The notes beneath the pieces were generated by a model that was not told the DNA's origin, made no database searches, and saw only the letters and a list, made by a program, of their open reading frames with translations. This document shows positions 1-12,054 of a DNA stretch of 64,000 nucleotides, in pieces (position 1 is the stretch's first letter; the number at the start of each line of letters is the position of its first letter). This DNA comes from Octopus sinensis (lineage: Eukaryota), in assembly GCF_006345805.1 (NCBI RefSeq), contig NC_043018.1, forward strand, positions 17,732,001-17,796,000, written 5' to 3'. A program made the translations under genes and the position numbers.

Positions 1-87
1 CAGAGACTCACAAAACGACCTTAGTCTCGAGTATTGTTGTGTATTGTTGTCATGGGAGATCAGGAATTAAAAATAACCTTCAAGCAT

Positions 88-183
88 TTAAGTTGCTTAG
101 TGACATGTATAAATTTGCCTTTAAGTTTTTAAATCGCTTAGTGGTGTCTATAAATTTACCTTTAGATTTCTAAATTGCTTAGG
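88..183. repeat. 41-bp degenerate tandem repeat, ~2.3 copies
   Basis: GCTTAG recurs at 95, 136 and 177; units 1 and 2 also share TATAAATTT(G/A)CCTTTA. Confidence 0.75.
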
Positions 184-1828
184 TTTTATGAGTGTTTCCT
201 AAAACAGGGAACGTTGCAAGAGATCTGACGTTTTTTAAGCAGACTTTACAATTAAACTCGCCAGCAACGTAACAAACACAAATAAATGCTGTGAAAAGTC
301 TCAAAAATTGATGATGAAAGTTTCATTACCACGACCCAACAATATTTCTACATATATATAAAATACATCACATAGAACTACTCTGCTCTGCGAACACAGT
401 GCAACGCAAACCAATATCAAAACAAAATAATACATTCACCCAATGCGCAGGTCCGCTTGGTTATGCATTGGTAGCACACGTGAAATAAAACTATAATAAA
501 GCTAAGGATGGGAATCGAACGCGAGTTTACTGAGTAGCTTGCACCAGTTTTATTATGCTAAAGATGCCTGTAGTAAAATCGAAAATATTGCGGAGAAATG
601 TGAGATTCCTGAAAACAAAAAATTTCCTCTCACACCAGACCTTATCGTTTTCTTCATATCCAACTCCCACATAAACCTGAGACTTGGGAGTTAACTATTC
701 CTTCCGGCAAATGCTCTACTTCGTTTGTGTGTCAGTGTTAATTAGGGAAGAGAAAAACAAGGGGTTATTTGCGCTGCCAACCGGTTTTTAATAGCTTATA
801 AAATTATGTTTAAGCTTAGATTTTCAGCGCACAGAGCCATAGACTGCTACTTTTATGGTTATTCCCATGCGCACAAATCACATTATTGAAAATTTTCCAG
901 TTAAATGTTGAACAGAACCCTATTGCTTGCAAAAATCAGGTGATGAGGTTTAACAGTTACATTAGATGGAATTCATTTCTGATAGAATTTTTTGCTTTTA
1001 ATAGAGAAATATTTCCCATTGATGCTGCTGTTATCATAAAATGTATTGATTTCATATTCCTCTTCAGCTTCCACTACTGCACAGTAAAGAATTTTATATC
1101 ACTGTCATATGATTTCGATGTGAGAAACCTGTATTTTGTTATCGTAGAAAACCAAATGAAAAGTTCCTTCTAAAGCGTGATTTAAAGAGTGCCCAGTAAA
1201 ATATGGCTATATCAAGCGTAAGCAATCTAAAAAAAAACAGGTTATCGTATTCTTCATTATCGCAGAATGAATTAAAAATAAAATTACTTAATTCATAGAC
1301 ATCAAACTTAAAATTGATGAGAAATTCACTTTCTAAAATGTTGCCGTAAAGCATTAAAAATTTAATTGTAAAAAAAGGTGGAAGAGAAGCAACAACAGAC
1401 ACAAATCGTGTGTTGGGTGATCAGTGAGCTTTTTTGCAGTTAACTCTACTACAGCAAAGAGGATTTCATCTTATCAAATGGGAGATACTTTCTCTGAGGG
1501 AGCAGCTACCAAGTAAAGTTTAGCAATGTGATCATGGTTCTGCAGTACTGGAAAGAATAAGTTAAAATTGTTTCATTCTTGAAATTAGCAGTGAGTCGTT
1601 TGAAGGACGAAACACGAATTTTAAAGACAACAAAAGTGTCTGAAATATAAACGCAGGAGTCATCAAGTTAAGCGAATTTGTTGCAACTGCAAATCGAAAC
1701 AGAGATCTACATGTCACAGTGCAAAACATGCAATGAAACATTAAACAAAGTCTCCATGATTTCCGACTGAGAGAAAAAGAAACAAATCATTGTACTTTGC
1801 ATTGATTCACCTGCATTACTGAGTTGAT

Positions 1829-1840
1829 GATATATATATG

Positions 1841-1907
<67 letters not shown>

Positions 1908-1986
1908 TATATGTATATATATATATATGCGTGTGTGTGTGTTTGTGTGTATGTATGTATACACAGACACACATATATATATACAA

Positions 1987-2017
<31 letters not shown>

Positions 2018-2150
2018 CAAACGCACAGACGCACATAAATACAGACATAAATATATTTACATTTATATATGTATATGTGTATGTATATATATATGTGCAT
2101 GTATGCTCTCACACACATCCACACACACACATCCACACAGACACGTGTGC
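1829..2150. repeat. compound (TA)n/(TG)n/(CA)n microsatellite
   Basis: Directly visible dinucleotide runs. Confidence 0.95.
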
Positions 2151-3540
2151 GTTGGGTGTGTTGGAAATGATTAATATACCTTTGTGTTTGTTTGTCGAAG
2201 CATGTCATACGATTCCGATACATTGTTATAGATGTTCGCCAGTCCTATTCTGAAATATCCGCTCAAATAAATATCGGAACTGACTCCCCTTCGCAACGTA
2301 TTATCGTTTGCATAATGATATATTCACCTCACTTGCTACACATATATTTATCATATAGGATAACCGATTTCATATTTTCCCATGTAAAAATATTCCCAGC
2401 AATAACCTGAACGATATAGACGGCTTGGCAGAAAATATATACGAAACTTTTCGTCGCAATAACTAGCTGCCAGTCGATTTCTATCAATAAACAGAAAGCG
2501 TAAAATATCTATATTGATTATCCTTCTGCTGTTTCTCTTTAAGTCTAGTTTCTTTCTTCTTCCTATTATAAATATCGCTGGTTCTGGCGCTGTGTCATGG
2601 CAGTGTAAGTAATTACTCTCGAGACCAATATTGTCGGTGCTGTTGTTAATGTCCTTCGGATTCTTTTTCTCTCCTAATTAATCATTTTGCACTTTTACGT
2701 CGTGCATTTATATATCTTCTACGTTGCGCATCAGTATATCTGTAGAGAAACCAAACCAAAACAGCAACGAGGCTTAAGCTGGACACACATAATTCGGACA
2801 GAGGAATGTTTACTGTCAGCAGTGCAACTGGGAAATAGATTGTCAGCGTTGAAATGAGTTACAGATTGATAACTGTTAGAAGGAAATGGACGTAGAGAAT
2901 TCCAAACAGCCGCGTATGTATTCTTGCAGGTGTTTCTGTCTATATGGGTTCTCCCTATATATTTCATCCGCATACTTTTGATATATATATATTATCCCCA
3001 CACACATTGTAGCATTGGCATGTGATGCTTCCAATTACGGTTACTCATTTTTGCGCGGAATGTGTCGATGCGTCCTCTTACTCGAATGCGTTAGAAATAG
3101 AATCAGGAAATGGAATCTCTAATTACATACTCAATAGTTGCACAAGTGCTTGGAACATAATTTATCAACTATAAGTGTAAATTCCTAAATACACTCGCTC
3201 ACACAAACAAATATGAGATTGTGTTTGATCGTGTGTTGAATACATGAAATATTGATAAAGTATTAGTTTAATTATGTATGTTGATGTTCGTATCTGTTTC
3301 CTCTCTGTGCGCGAGTGTGAGAATTTGCATGCGTCTCCATCGACATGTATCTTTTTTGGAAATGCATTGTTTCAATCTTTCGTCTCCAATTTTTGCGTCA
3401 CACTTAACATTCTTCATTCACAAATAAATTTTAGTATTCAGTATACACGACATGATGTTGTCGGATATCAAATTCCCATTTCACCATACAAGTGTTTAAA
3501 AGTAAAGGCAAACTTTATATTAAGGAATCTTTTAACTTAC

Positions 3541-3640
3541 CCTCTTGAAAGCTGGAAGATAATGGAGTTTCCAGTCGTTGAATAGTTGTTTCATGCTTGA
3601 TATCCTATTCTATGTTCACGTACTCGGATATGTCATCTTC
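3541..3640 (-). other. candidate 100-nt exon of an unknown, possibly non-coding transcript
   Basis: Minus strand reads TTTTCTTGTCTTTACAG|GAAGAT...AAGAGG|GTAAGT: strong acceptor and donor 100 nt apart. All three frames contain a stop. Confidence 0.3.
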
Positions 3641-4501
3641 CTGTAAAGACAAGAAAATAAAATTCAGGAATGTCAGCTCAGATATCCATTTAAACATATC
3701 TACTAGGAAAATAAATAGGATAGAATATTTATATTCCATCGATCAAATACTTTGTTAGGTCGATCTGTTAAAAATAGAAACCAATTCTCCTTTAAATCAC
3801 ATTTGATGTCTTTAAAGTACATTGCATTTTAGATATAGATTATGCACAAAATTTAACGGAGTATAATATGGGATGGCCACGGATGGAATGTATTTGAACG
3901 TTGTTCGCTAAATCATTTTAAGCAAAACAATAACAAATTTAAATTCGGTAACAGGAACTTCGATCCGAAAGTGATGTACGATCCACAGACAAAACATTAC
4001 CTCCCCACAATGTCGCCGAATATACCTCAGTTACCACATTAACGAATGTTCAGAACGATTACAACTACAATTCGAAATTTTCCCATTTTATGAACTGGTC
4101 TTCTGGACGTCAACACACGTAAGACTGAATAAAGAAGCCTCATTTATCCACAAATATAAACCAGAAATAAATATGAACCCATATTAAAAATAAAGGACTT
4201 ACCCCATCAAATGGAAGGTGTAAACCAGAATAAAGCAGAGAGCACATATATCAATAAAAGAAAACTTACAGATTTGCCTCCCCTTTACTGCAAAATAAAT
4301 GAGTGAACAATTATCTCCTCTAGCAATGTTTTTCTCCCTTGCAATTTATCTCTTTCAACTCCCAGATTGATGAGCAACGCGAAACCAGTCCTTACTGCCA
4401 TTATGTTGAAAGAACAAAACCTTATTTTTTACAAACTTGTATATCTTTATTTTCATGGATCTAATACACTCTTACATCTTGTAAAACAAATCTGCTCTCT
4501 C

Positions 4502-4532
<31 letters not shown>

Positions 4533-4545
4533 CCCTCTCTCTCTC

Positions 4546-4584
<39 letters not shown>

Positions 4585-4591
<7 letters not shown>

Positions 4592-4736
4592 GTAATTAGC
4601 TTGCTTACCAACCACATGGCTCCGGGTTCAGTCCCACTGCGTGGCATCTTGGGCAATTATCTTCTACTATAGCCTCGGGCCAACCAATGCCTTGTGAGTG
4701 GATTTGGTAGACGGAAACTGAAAGAAGCCCGTCGTA

Positions 4737-4814
<78 letters not shown>

Positions 4815-5013
4815 TGTGTATGTGTTTGTCCCCCTAGCATTGCTTGACAACCGATGCTGGTGTGTTTATGTCCCTGTTACTTAGCGGTTCGGCAAAAGAG
4901 ACCGATAGAATAAGTACTGGGCTTACAAAAAGAATAAGTCCCGGGGTCGAGTTGCTCGATTAAAGGCGGTGCTCCAGCATGGCCGCAGTTAAACGACTGA
5001 AACAAGTAAAATA
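4585..5013 (+). mobile_element. tRNA-derived SINE, family A (extreme 5' end lost)
   Basis: B-box GGTTCAGTCCC, internal (TA)n(TG)n, tail GGTGCTCCAGCATGGCCGCAGT..GACTGAAACAAGTAAAA; near-identical to copies at 16414, 20659, 24356. Confidence 0.9.
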
Positions 5014-5054
5014 GTATATGTATATATGTATATATATATATATATATGTTTGTG

Positions 5055-5086
<32 letters not shown>

Positions 5087-8000
5087 TGTATGTATGTATG
5101 TATATGAATGTTTATCGATGGACTAATGAATTATTTCTGAAATGAATATATTTCACTGAAAGAAGAAAAAGTCGAAAAAGTACATTTGCTTCATATCATT
5201 AGAGTTCCTTCCCTTATTTGCAGCCTTTAAAGACCCATAGTATTTTCGCACCTAATTGCATGGGTCATCCCAGTTAATAGATGCTTTTAATCTCTCTATA
5301 TCAAATATGAGAGTTATAACAGCGTGTTTAGTACCTGGAACTCCCCCTGCAGCTATATTCTAGTAATGTCCCATATATTGTTAACCTCTTATTTGGACGC
5401 TATATATCTCAAAACAACCAATTTATAATTCCTTGACAAAATGTAATCTCCTTTATAGAAAGCAAGAGAAAAGAATAGCATATTTACGGTAATGTCCCGT
5501 AACAGTTTGGTAAATTTCTATCACTACGTTACTAGAATTGGTTGGAATTGATGAAGAATGAGAAAAGATACAGTAAAAGGAAAGAAGAGCCAAGAGCGGG
5601 CAGATAATCCATAACCGAAGATAAAGAAAGATTGCAACAAAGTAACAAAGACTGCAAATAGCTTTGGGTTAAACGATTATTTCTCAAAGCGAAGTATATG
5701 TGTTTGTTATTTTCAATTACGGAATCCGTTTTCTACAGAAAGTTTTGACTGGACTAATGGCATGAGAAATGATAAATGGCAGAAATGAAACGCAAGCTAT
5801 AACATTTGAAGCACAAATGCAGAAATCGTCACTGTGGCTGTAATTTCAGAAATGCTATTTGATCTTTAGAATAAGGTAGGTCAAAGACGTATGTTGCAAT
5901 AGGTATCTGTAGAAAATTAATTGCTCCAGAAATAAAGTGATTTGTGAATAGCCTAGAAGTAAGAGACTCAAACTGAAAAGGAAGTGAAGAAATACCCTAT
6001 GTATGTGTCAGAATGTTCCAAGAGAGAGGAAACATAACTCCATTTACCTAAGAATAAATCCTTGTTGTTTGTTAGAAGCCCCACCGGCAACCAAGTGGGT
6101 TTGGATAGAGTAGATTTTTAATGACATGTAATCCATTTGCGACCGCCCCATTCTTTTAGGTATGTGTACGATTATATTCATTTAGCTAATCGTGTATATT
6201 TTTAGGAAGAGTTAGATTTATTTTTCGGAGACCGTGCTATATAACCTGTGTTGCAGCACATCAGAGAAAAATATATCAATATTTTGCAGCTGTATGTGCA
6301 AATATTTTTGGTCAATAAACTCTCCCGTTTCTTGGGATTGTTGTGCAGAGATGAACTTCACACTAGTCGATTGTAAGACACCCATACCTGAAATGACGGA
6401 TGAATTTAAAACTAGCAATAAATATTATAATCTGTCCAAGTTAGAGATATTAAAACACTTCATACAATTTTTATTAATGGTTACATATTATTGAGTGCCA
6501 GCCCGTGGCATTCTGGTGAGGGTATCACATTCACTAATACAAAATCATGATTTCTATTCGCAGTCATGCGGCGCGTCGGACTCCTGAGTGAAACAATTCA
6601 TTACACACTACTCCAGACCCCTCAAGTGTATATGGGCGACCGCTGCCACAGAATAACGGTCCATTCAAGTGTAATTTTACGTTATCCAACCTAGTCTCAT
6701 TTTCAATTTACAGCAGTGCATATTTTGATCAACATTCGATATTTTGGTCGATGTGGTGATATCTAAGGTATTGTTAGTTATGCTTTGCGTTCCACAGCGA
6801 GCAAACCAGACGGCAGATTTTTCTTTTCGTAAGTGATGCCATGAAAGTAAGCGAAATATAATTGCAAGAGAAATTAAAATAATATTCCATTTAAGTTACA
6901 GAATTTAGGGCTTCTCTGCAATATGTTATTCTATTATAAATATTGGGTTTAGCATATCGCTCTCAAGCAATTTAAAATATATTTATCAAAACAAGTGGAT
7001 TTTATCCAATCCAGTTAAAGCTATGAATCGACGCACAAGAAAACATCTGATAGTATGTTTATTGGAAAGTTTAACGTTTCCCTTTTAAACTTCAAATGAC
7101 AGGCATAACTGATGAGAATACTCCACAAGTGCATTTTCAAGGGATGGTGATCGTAGTAGCAATGGCAATATGAGAAGAAATAACTGCAACTGCAAGGATA
7201 AATTGAAATAGCTTTACTAATAGATTTCTCGACTATCGCAGTAGCATGATCATTGATATTTTACAGGCCACATTTACAGTGTCACATTTTATAGTCAGAA
7301 CATATTACGACGCTCATTATTCTCTCAAATGTATTAGCATTTTATCATGTCCTTTATTTAATAAATGAAGTTGAAAACTGCAACGTAGGAGCAAACAACA
7401 TTTAGCAGACCGTTATTTGTCTCAGTTGGATTTCTAATTTGCATGGCATGGAGTTGGACATTCGCTGCATTTCTCCATCGCACCGACTGCCATAGAAGAT
7501 TGATGAGATTACGACTACGAATACAGTATTTTGATTTTTATCAAACCAGAACCTAAATTCTTGACCTGGAGGGCTGAGAACAAATTTCGCTCAGTTGGCC
7601 TCGTATCCTACCGATACATAAGTTAAGGTTTAAAAACTATTACGTCTTTTCAAACTTACTATAATAATTGCATTTTAATTTATATTTTTGTAGTTCTGCT
7701 CCAAACGCGCTACGGGAAGTTTGAATTCGATAGTGTATAACAAATTATGATCGAAAGGTGTAGGATTTGACTTACGAAAGGGTGTTTCAAATCGAAATAA
7801 ATTAATTATAACCAGCACGACTCACAAGGAGATAATTTCTTGTCTTCTCAAGGGAGATATCGCCAATTCACATTAGTTTCCAAGAGAAAATATGCCATCA
7901 TTCTTTTGACATCATTAATCATGTAACTTGCAAGTTTAATGTCACATAAGATAATATATGAATACAGACAACGATTTAGATATGAGCAATCATGCGTCAC

Positions 8001-9173
8001 AATTCTCTTTTAGTGACGTCCATCCTATTGAACACATCAAAAGTTGTTATTTTAGAATATTACTAACAATAATTAAAGGCAAATATGCCATGTATGGAAG
8101 CAGATCTGGGACTATCTTGCTAAGTGGTAACTACATAATTTTTAGTTTTCCTAATACAATATACTCGATCCGACTTAAAATGGGTAAAATATATTTCATT
8201 AACAACCAATGTTAATTCTCCTTTTAAAGCAGTAAATTAAAAGATTATATTAATTATACATAAAACCAAGAAAATTTGCATATTAAATTAATCATATTTT
8301 GATATGGCGATGCAAACTTTTAAGAATGAAAGGTAAATACAATTTAATAGAAGCTATAAATTACAAGACACACGTGGTGGAAATTAATCGTAAATAAGTT
8401 GAGAAATACTTCACCATTTCACCAAATACTTTATTTAGCAACGTAATAGGTGTAATACTATATGTGCCTACATATTGCTGAACCTATTATTGGATTCCTT
8501 GGACACAGTCCTATCGACTATATTCCCAGTCAGAAATTCATATACGTAAACTGAGAAATCACAAAACCATTCTAATTTCATTGCAATTTTCTTTACTTCA
8601 AGACTATACTCCATTTTAATTCATTTCCATTCCTTGAGGTCAATCCTCATAACTCATTGTTATAAACATTTCCTGTTTCTATTCATTATATGTTAGCACA
8701 TTATTAAATATGAAGGAAGTAACTTTATTGTCGACATATGAATTACAATCCTAAGGTAAACAGAACAGTCAAAAGAAAGATACAAGAATGAAAAGCAATT
8801 TTACTAAACACAATTAATTTGATCTTTATTATAAAGAATAAAAGATATTCAGCTGAAAGAGAAGTAACTTTAGAAACTTTCTAAGTTGAAAATCGTTGCT
8901 GTGGAAATGCTTACCACAATGTGGGTTAAGTATTAAACCACATCATTTCATGACTAATTCAAACATTTCGATTTATACTTAATCTTACTTAGTCTTTCGC
9001 AGTAGTTATGTCTCTGATTATCTCTAATTTCCCACTAAAGCTTCAACTAGTTCACGTTATCTGATTATAATAACTTCATACAAATAAAATAAAACTTATT
9101 CAAATAGTCAAATCTGCTTTATGTTGGTAGTAAAATAATGTGTTTCACAGCTCATCTACCTGGGAAGTACTAT

Positions 9174-9207
9174 TTTACTCTTTTACACGTTTCAGTCATT
9201 TGACTGC
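9174..9207 (-). mobile_element. isolated 3' tail fragment of SINE family A
   Basis: TTACTCTTTTACACGTTTCAGTCATTTGACTGC matches the reverse-complement family A tail. Confidence 0.6.
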
Positions 9208-9659
9208 CAGAGTAGTGTAGTAAAATGGAAACGAAATCCCTGTGGAGACTAATCAGTGATATATGTGCAATAGATTGCTTTATCTCATAGGATCTTCCTT
9301 CAGATGAAACACAATCGCAACCAGCCCGAAAAGGCAGACAACGGTAAGGTCTGCAATCGACCAGCACGACGGAAAGGGATTTCAACGTTAATGAAACGTA
9401 AATATTTATCATCCGCTTGCCTGCTTGGTGAGATGCAACTCTTTACTTTCTTACAGGAGCGGGAAATATTCACAGCAGATTAGACCTCCAGAACACTGGT
9501 TTCTTCAAACATTTTTAGAAAAAGAACTCAATCACCTCGTCTGCACACCCGTTCTCTGCCCCAACTCTCTATTCTCTGCCTCTCTCCTTCACTCTCTCTC
9601 TCTCTTCCTCACTCTCTGTCCATCTAATTTTCGTATATATATATCTATCTATCTATCTA

Positions 9660-9733
<74 letters not shown>

Positions 9734-9947
9734 TATTTGTGTAGTTGAATGAATTATCTTATTAAGGATAAATCGAAAGATTTTTGTGCATTTTGATGTC
9801 GACATAAGTTCCTTGCCTTTCCTGATGAGAAATCTGCATAATGTACTCTTTATTCCTTCGGAATTAGGAATATGCAGCCTTCGAAACATATGTCGAAAAT
9901 AAAGGAAATTTGTTAACAAGTCGTTCAACTCCATTCTTTCATAAACT

Positions 9948-9978
<31 letters not shown>

Positions 9979-11079
9979 GCATACCTTCGTATTTATTGCT
10001 AATTCTCGACTGTTCCCTGATTTCATATTCCTTTACTAATAGCATGGTTTACATTTATATTGGACCAATTAAGCTCCTTAATTTATCGAAATCTATCTAA
10101 ATGCTGTCACCAGTTTTATATATTTGTGAGTAGCAGTGATTTAATTATGCTTTATTGTAGACAATACATTATGACACCGACATACTCTGTTTTAGAATCA
10201 TTGGTGCCATATTTTGAATGTTTGACGTTAATGTTTGCTTTCTTCAAACAGTGTCGTGGAAGAGACTGCTCCCGTGTGCAGTATTCGTATTGTTTTGTAT
10301 AAAACGATTAAAACACAAACTTAAAAGTCTTTAGAAATTAAATCTAGAAACAACATTAATAGTTGTTGAGTTTGGAGTACAGACAGTTCCCATGACTTCT
10401 GCAGGATGTTTCAAGACTGGGGACGTCGGTGCCGGTACTTTTCAGATTAAAATATTACAAGTTAACATTTACAAGGGAGAGATAACCAGGAAAAATATTG
10501 GAGAAGGCAAATGTTTCTGAGATTCACAGATTCACGGCTGCCAATAGATGTTATTTCCAGCCTGAGGGAACATAGAAAGACGACTGGTTCTGGTTTGTCT
10601 GAGCATAAAACCAACCAAGACAAAACAAAAACAGTGTTCCTCTTCATTAGACTATATGATATCATTGCCAACCAATCAGATGTTATCTGGTGTGTCCATC
10701 TAATCGGTATGCTGCAAGTTTATCTCTACTCTGCATTGCAATTATGACAAACCAAATATATATATACACTCCACTATGATTGATTAAAGCATCCAAACAA
10801 TATTTTACACAGGAAATACAAATTTTACAATGTGTTGTCAAGATTTATACCATTATATGAGCAATCACGATGAACATTGTTTCTCCAGTAGTTTTTTCTG
10901 CTATAGTTAAATATGTTTATACTTACTTCTGTGTAATTTTGCTTAGCTTAATATAAAGAACGTAATATTTAGGCAAGCAATGCACCTATTAAATATTCCT
11001 TCCCCATTGTGTATACTTTACTTATCGATGCCTGTAAAGTTTTTCGTTCCGCTTCTTGACTTCACAGTTTTATTTAATA

Positions 11080-11382
11080 CAGAGATCTCCTAGGTCCATA
11101 TTTTCCTTATTCGGGTGTAATATACACGTGTTTCGTCACAGGTGCTATTGTACGATATGTTTTCATCTACTCCTAGATACCATTCGTCATCAAATATTGG
11201 GGAAACAGTCAAGGTGTTGCTGCGCTAGTTTACAATTTTCCCTCTTCCATATCGGAAGATTTATCCAGACCAAACTCCAATTCTATATCCTTTGAGAATA
11301 TTGAAGCCAGGTCAAGACTCTTGTACATCACATATATATTCTTGGCATATAGTTTCAAGTCATCCACGAAGAAATACATCAT
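11080..11382 (-). mobile_element. degenerate R4/Dong-type LINE reverse transcriptase fragment
   Basis: Minus translation YFFVDDLKLYAKN...SKDIELEFGLDKS...WYLGVDENI...YYTRIRKIW matches the (F/Y)xDDLKLY / FGLDK / YLG pattern of RLE-type LINE RTs; stops and frameshifts present. Confidence 0.7.
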
Positions 11383-11611
11383 GCATGTATTTTCTTATGT
11401 ATGTATGGATGTTTGAATATATGTACGCATGTAAGTATATATGGATGTATGTAAGTATGTATGTATGTATATATGTATATATATATATATATATATTGGT
11501 TTTAAAATAGTGGTTTTGTCTCGAATTATATTATATAATATTTACTATAAAAATGGATTTAACCCTAAATCTGATTTTTCCCTTAATTTTGGATCTTCCC
11601 TAATATTTATT

Positions 11612-11642
<31 letters not shown>

Positions 11643-11654
11643 TATATATATATA

Positions 11655-11697
<43 letters not shown>

Positions 11698-11986
11698 GTA
11701 TGTATGTATGTATGTATGTATGTGTGTATGTATGTATGTATGTATGTATGTATGTATGTATGTATGTATGAATGTATGTATGTGTGTATAAAGCTAGTGA
11801 ATTAGAGAGAGAGAGAAGTGGAAAAGTTGAGAGTGAAGGCAACTCACACAAGCAGATGCTGAAATGAAACAAATAGAGAAACAAACATTCTAGATGGTAA
11901 ATATTTATATAATAAGATATTAAGCTTGCTAATAGAAAGCTACGTAGACATGTAAGTAGCTAACTTGGTAAGTATGTAGACGGTTG

Positions 11987-12013
11987 GATAGATAAATAGA
12001 CAGACAGATAGAC

Positions 12014-12054
<41 letters not shown>
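11987..12054. repeat. (GATA)n array, 3'-side flank of the Tx1-like LINE
   Basis: Direct. Confidence 0.95.

Noticed and set aside
1588-1613. TGA-GTC..GAC-GAAAC hammerhead-like half
   Set aside because: CUGA core missing and no stem I/III support.
1707-2253. Many 60-180 aa ORFs rich in YI/CV/HT/LSIY (also near 14093, 29337, 33825, 34555, 51160, 53583)
   Set aside because: Translations of di- and tetranucleotide microsatellites; no domain content.
5740-6060. Possible Dong-type ETQAITFEAQ and CRM..EET.LHL segments
   Set aside because: Too degenerate; motif spacing needs several unsupported frameshifts.
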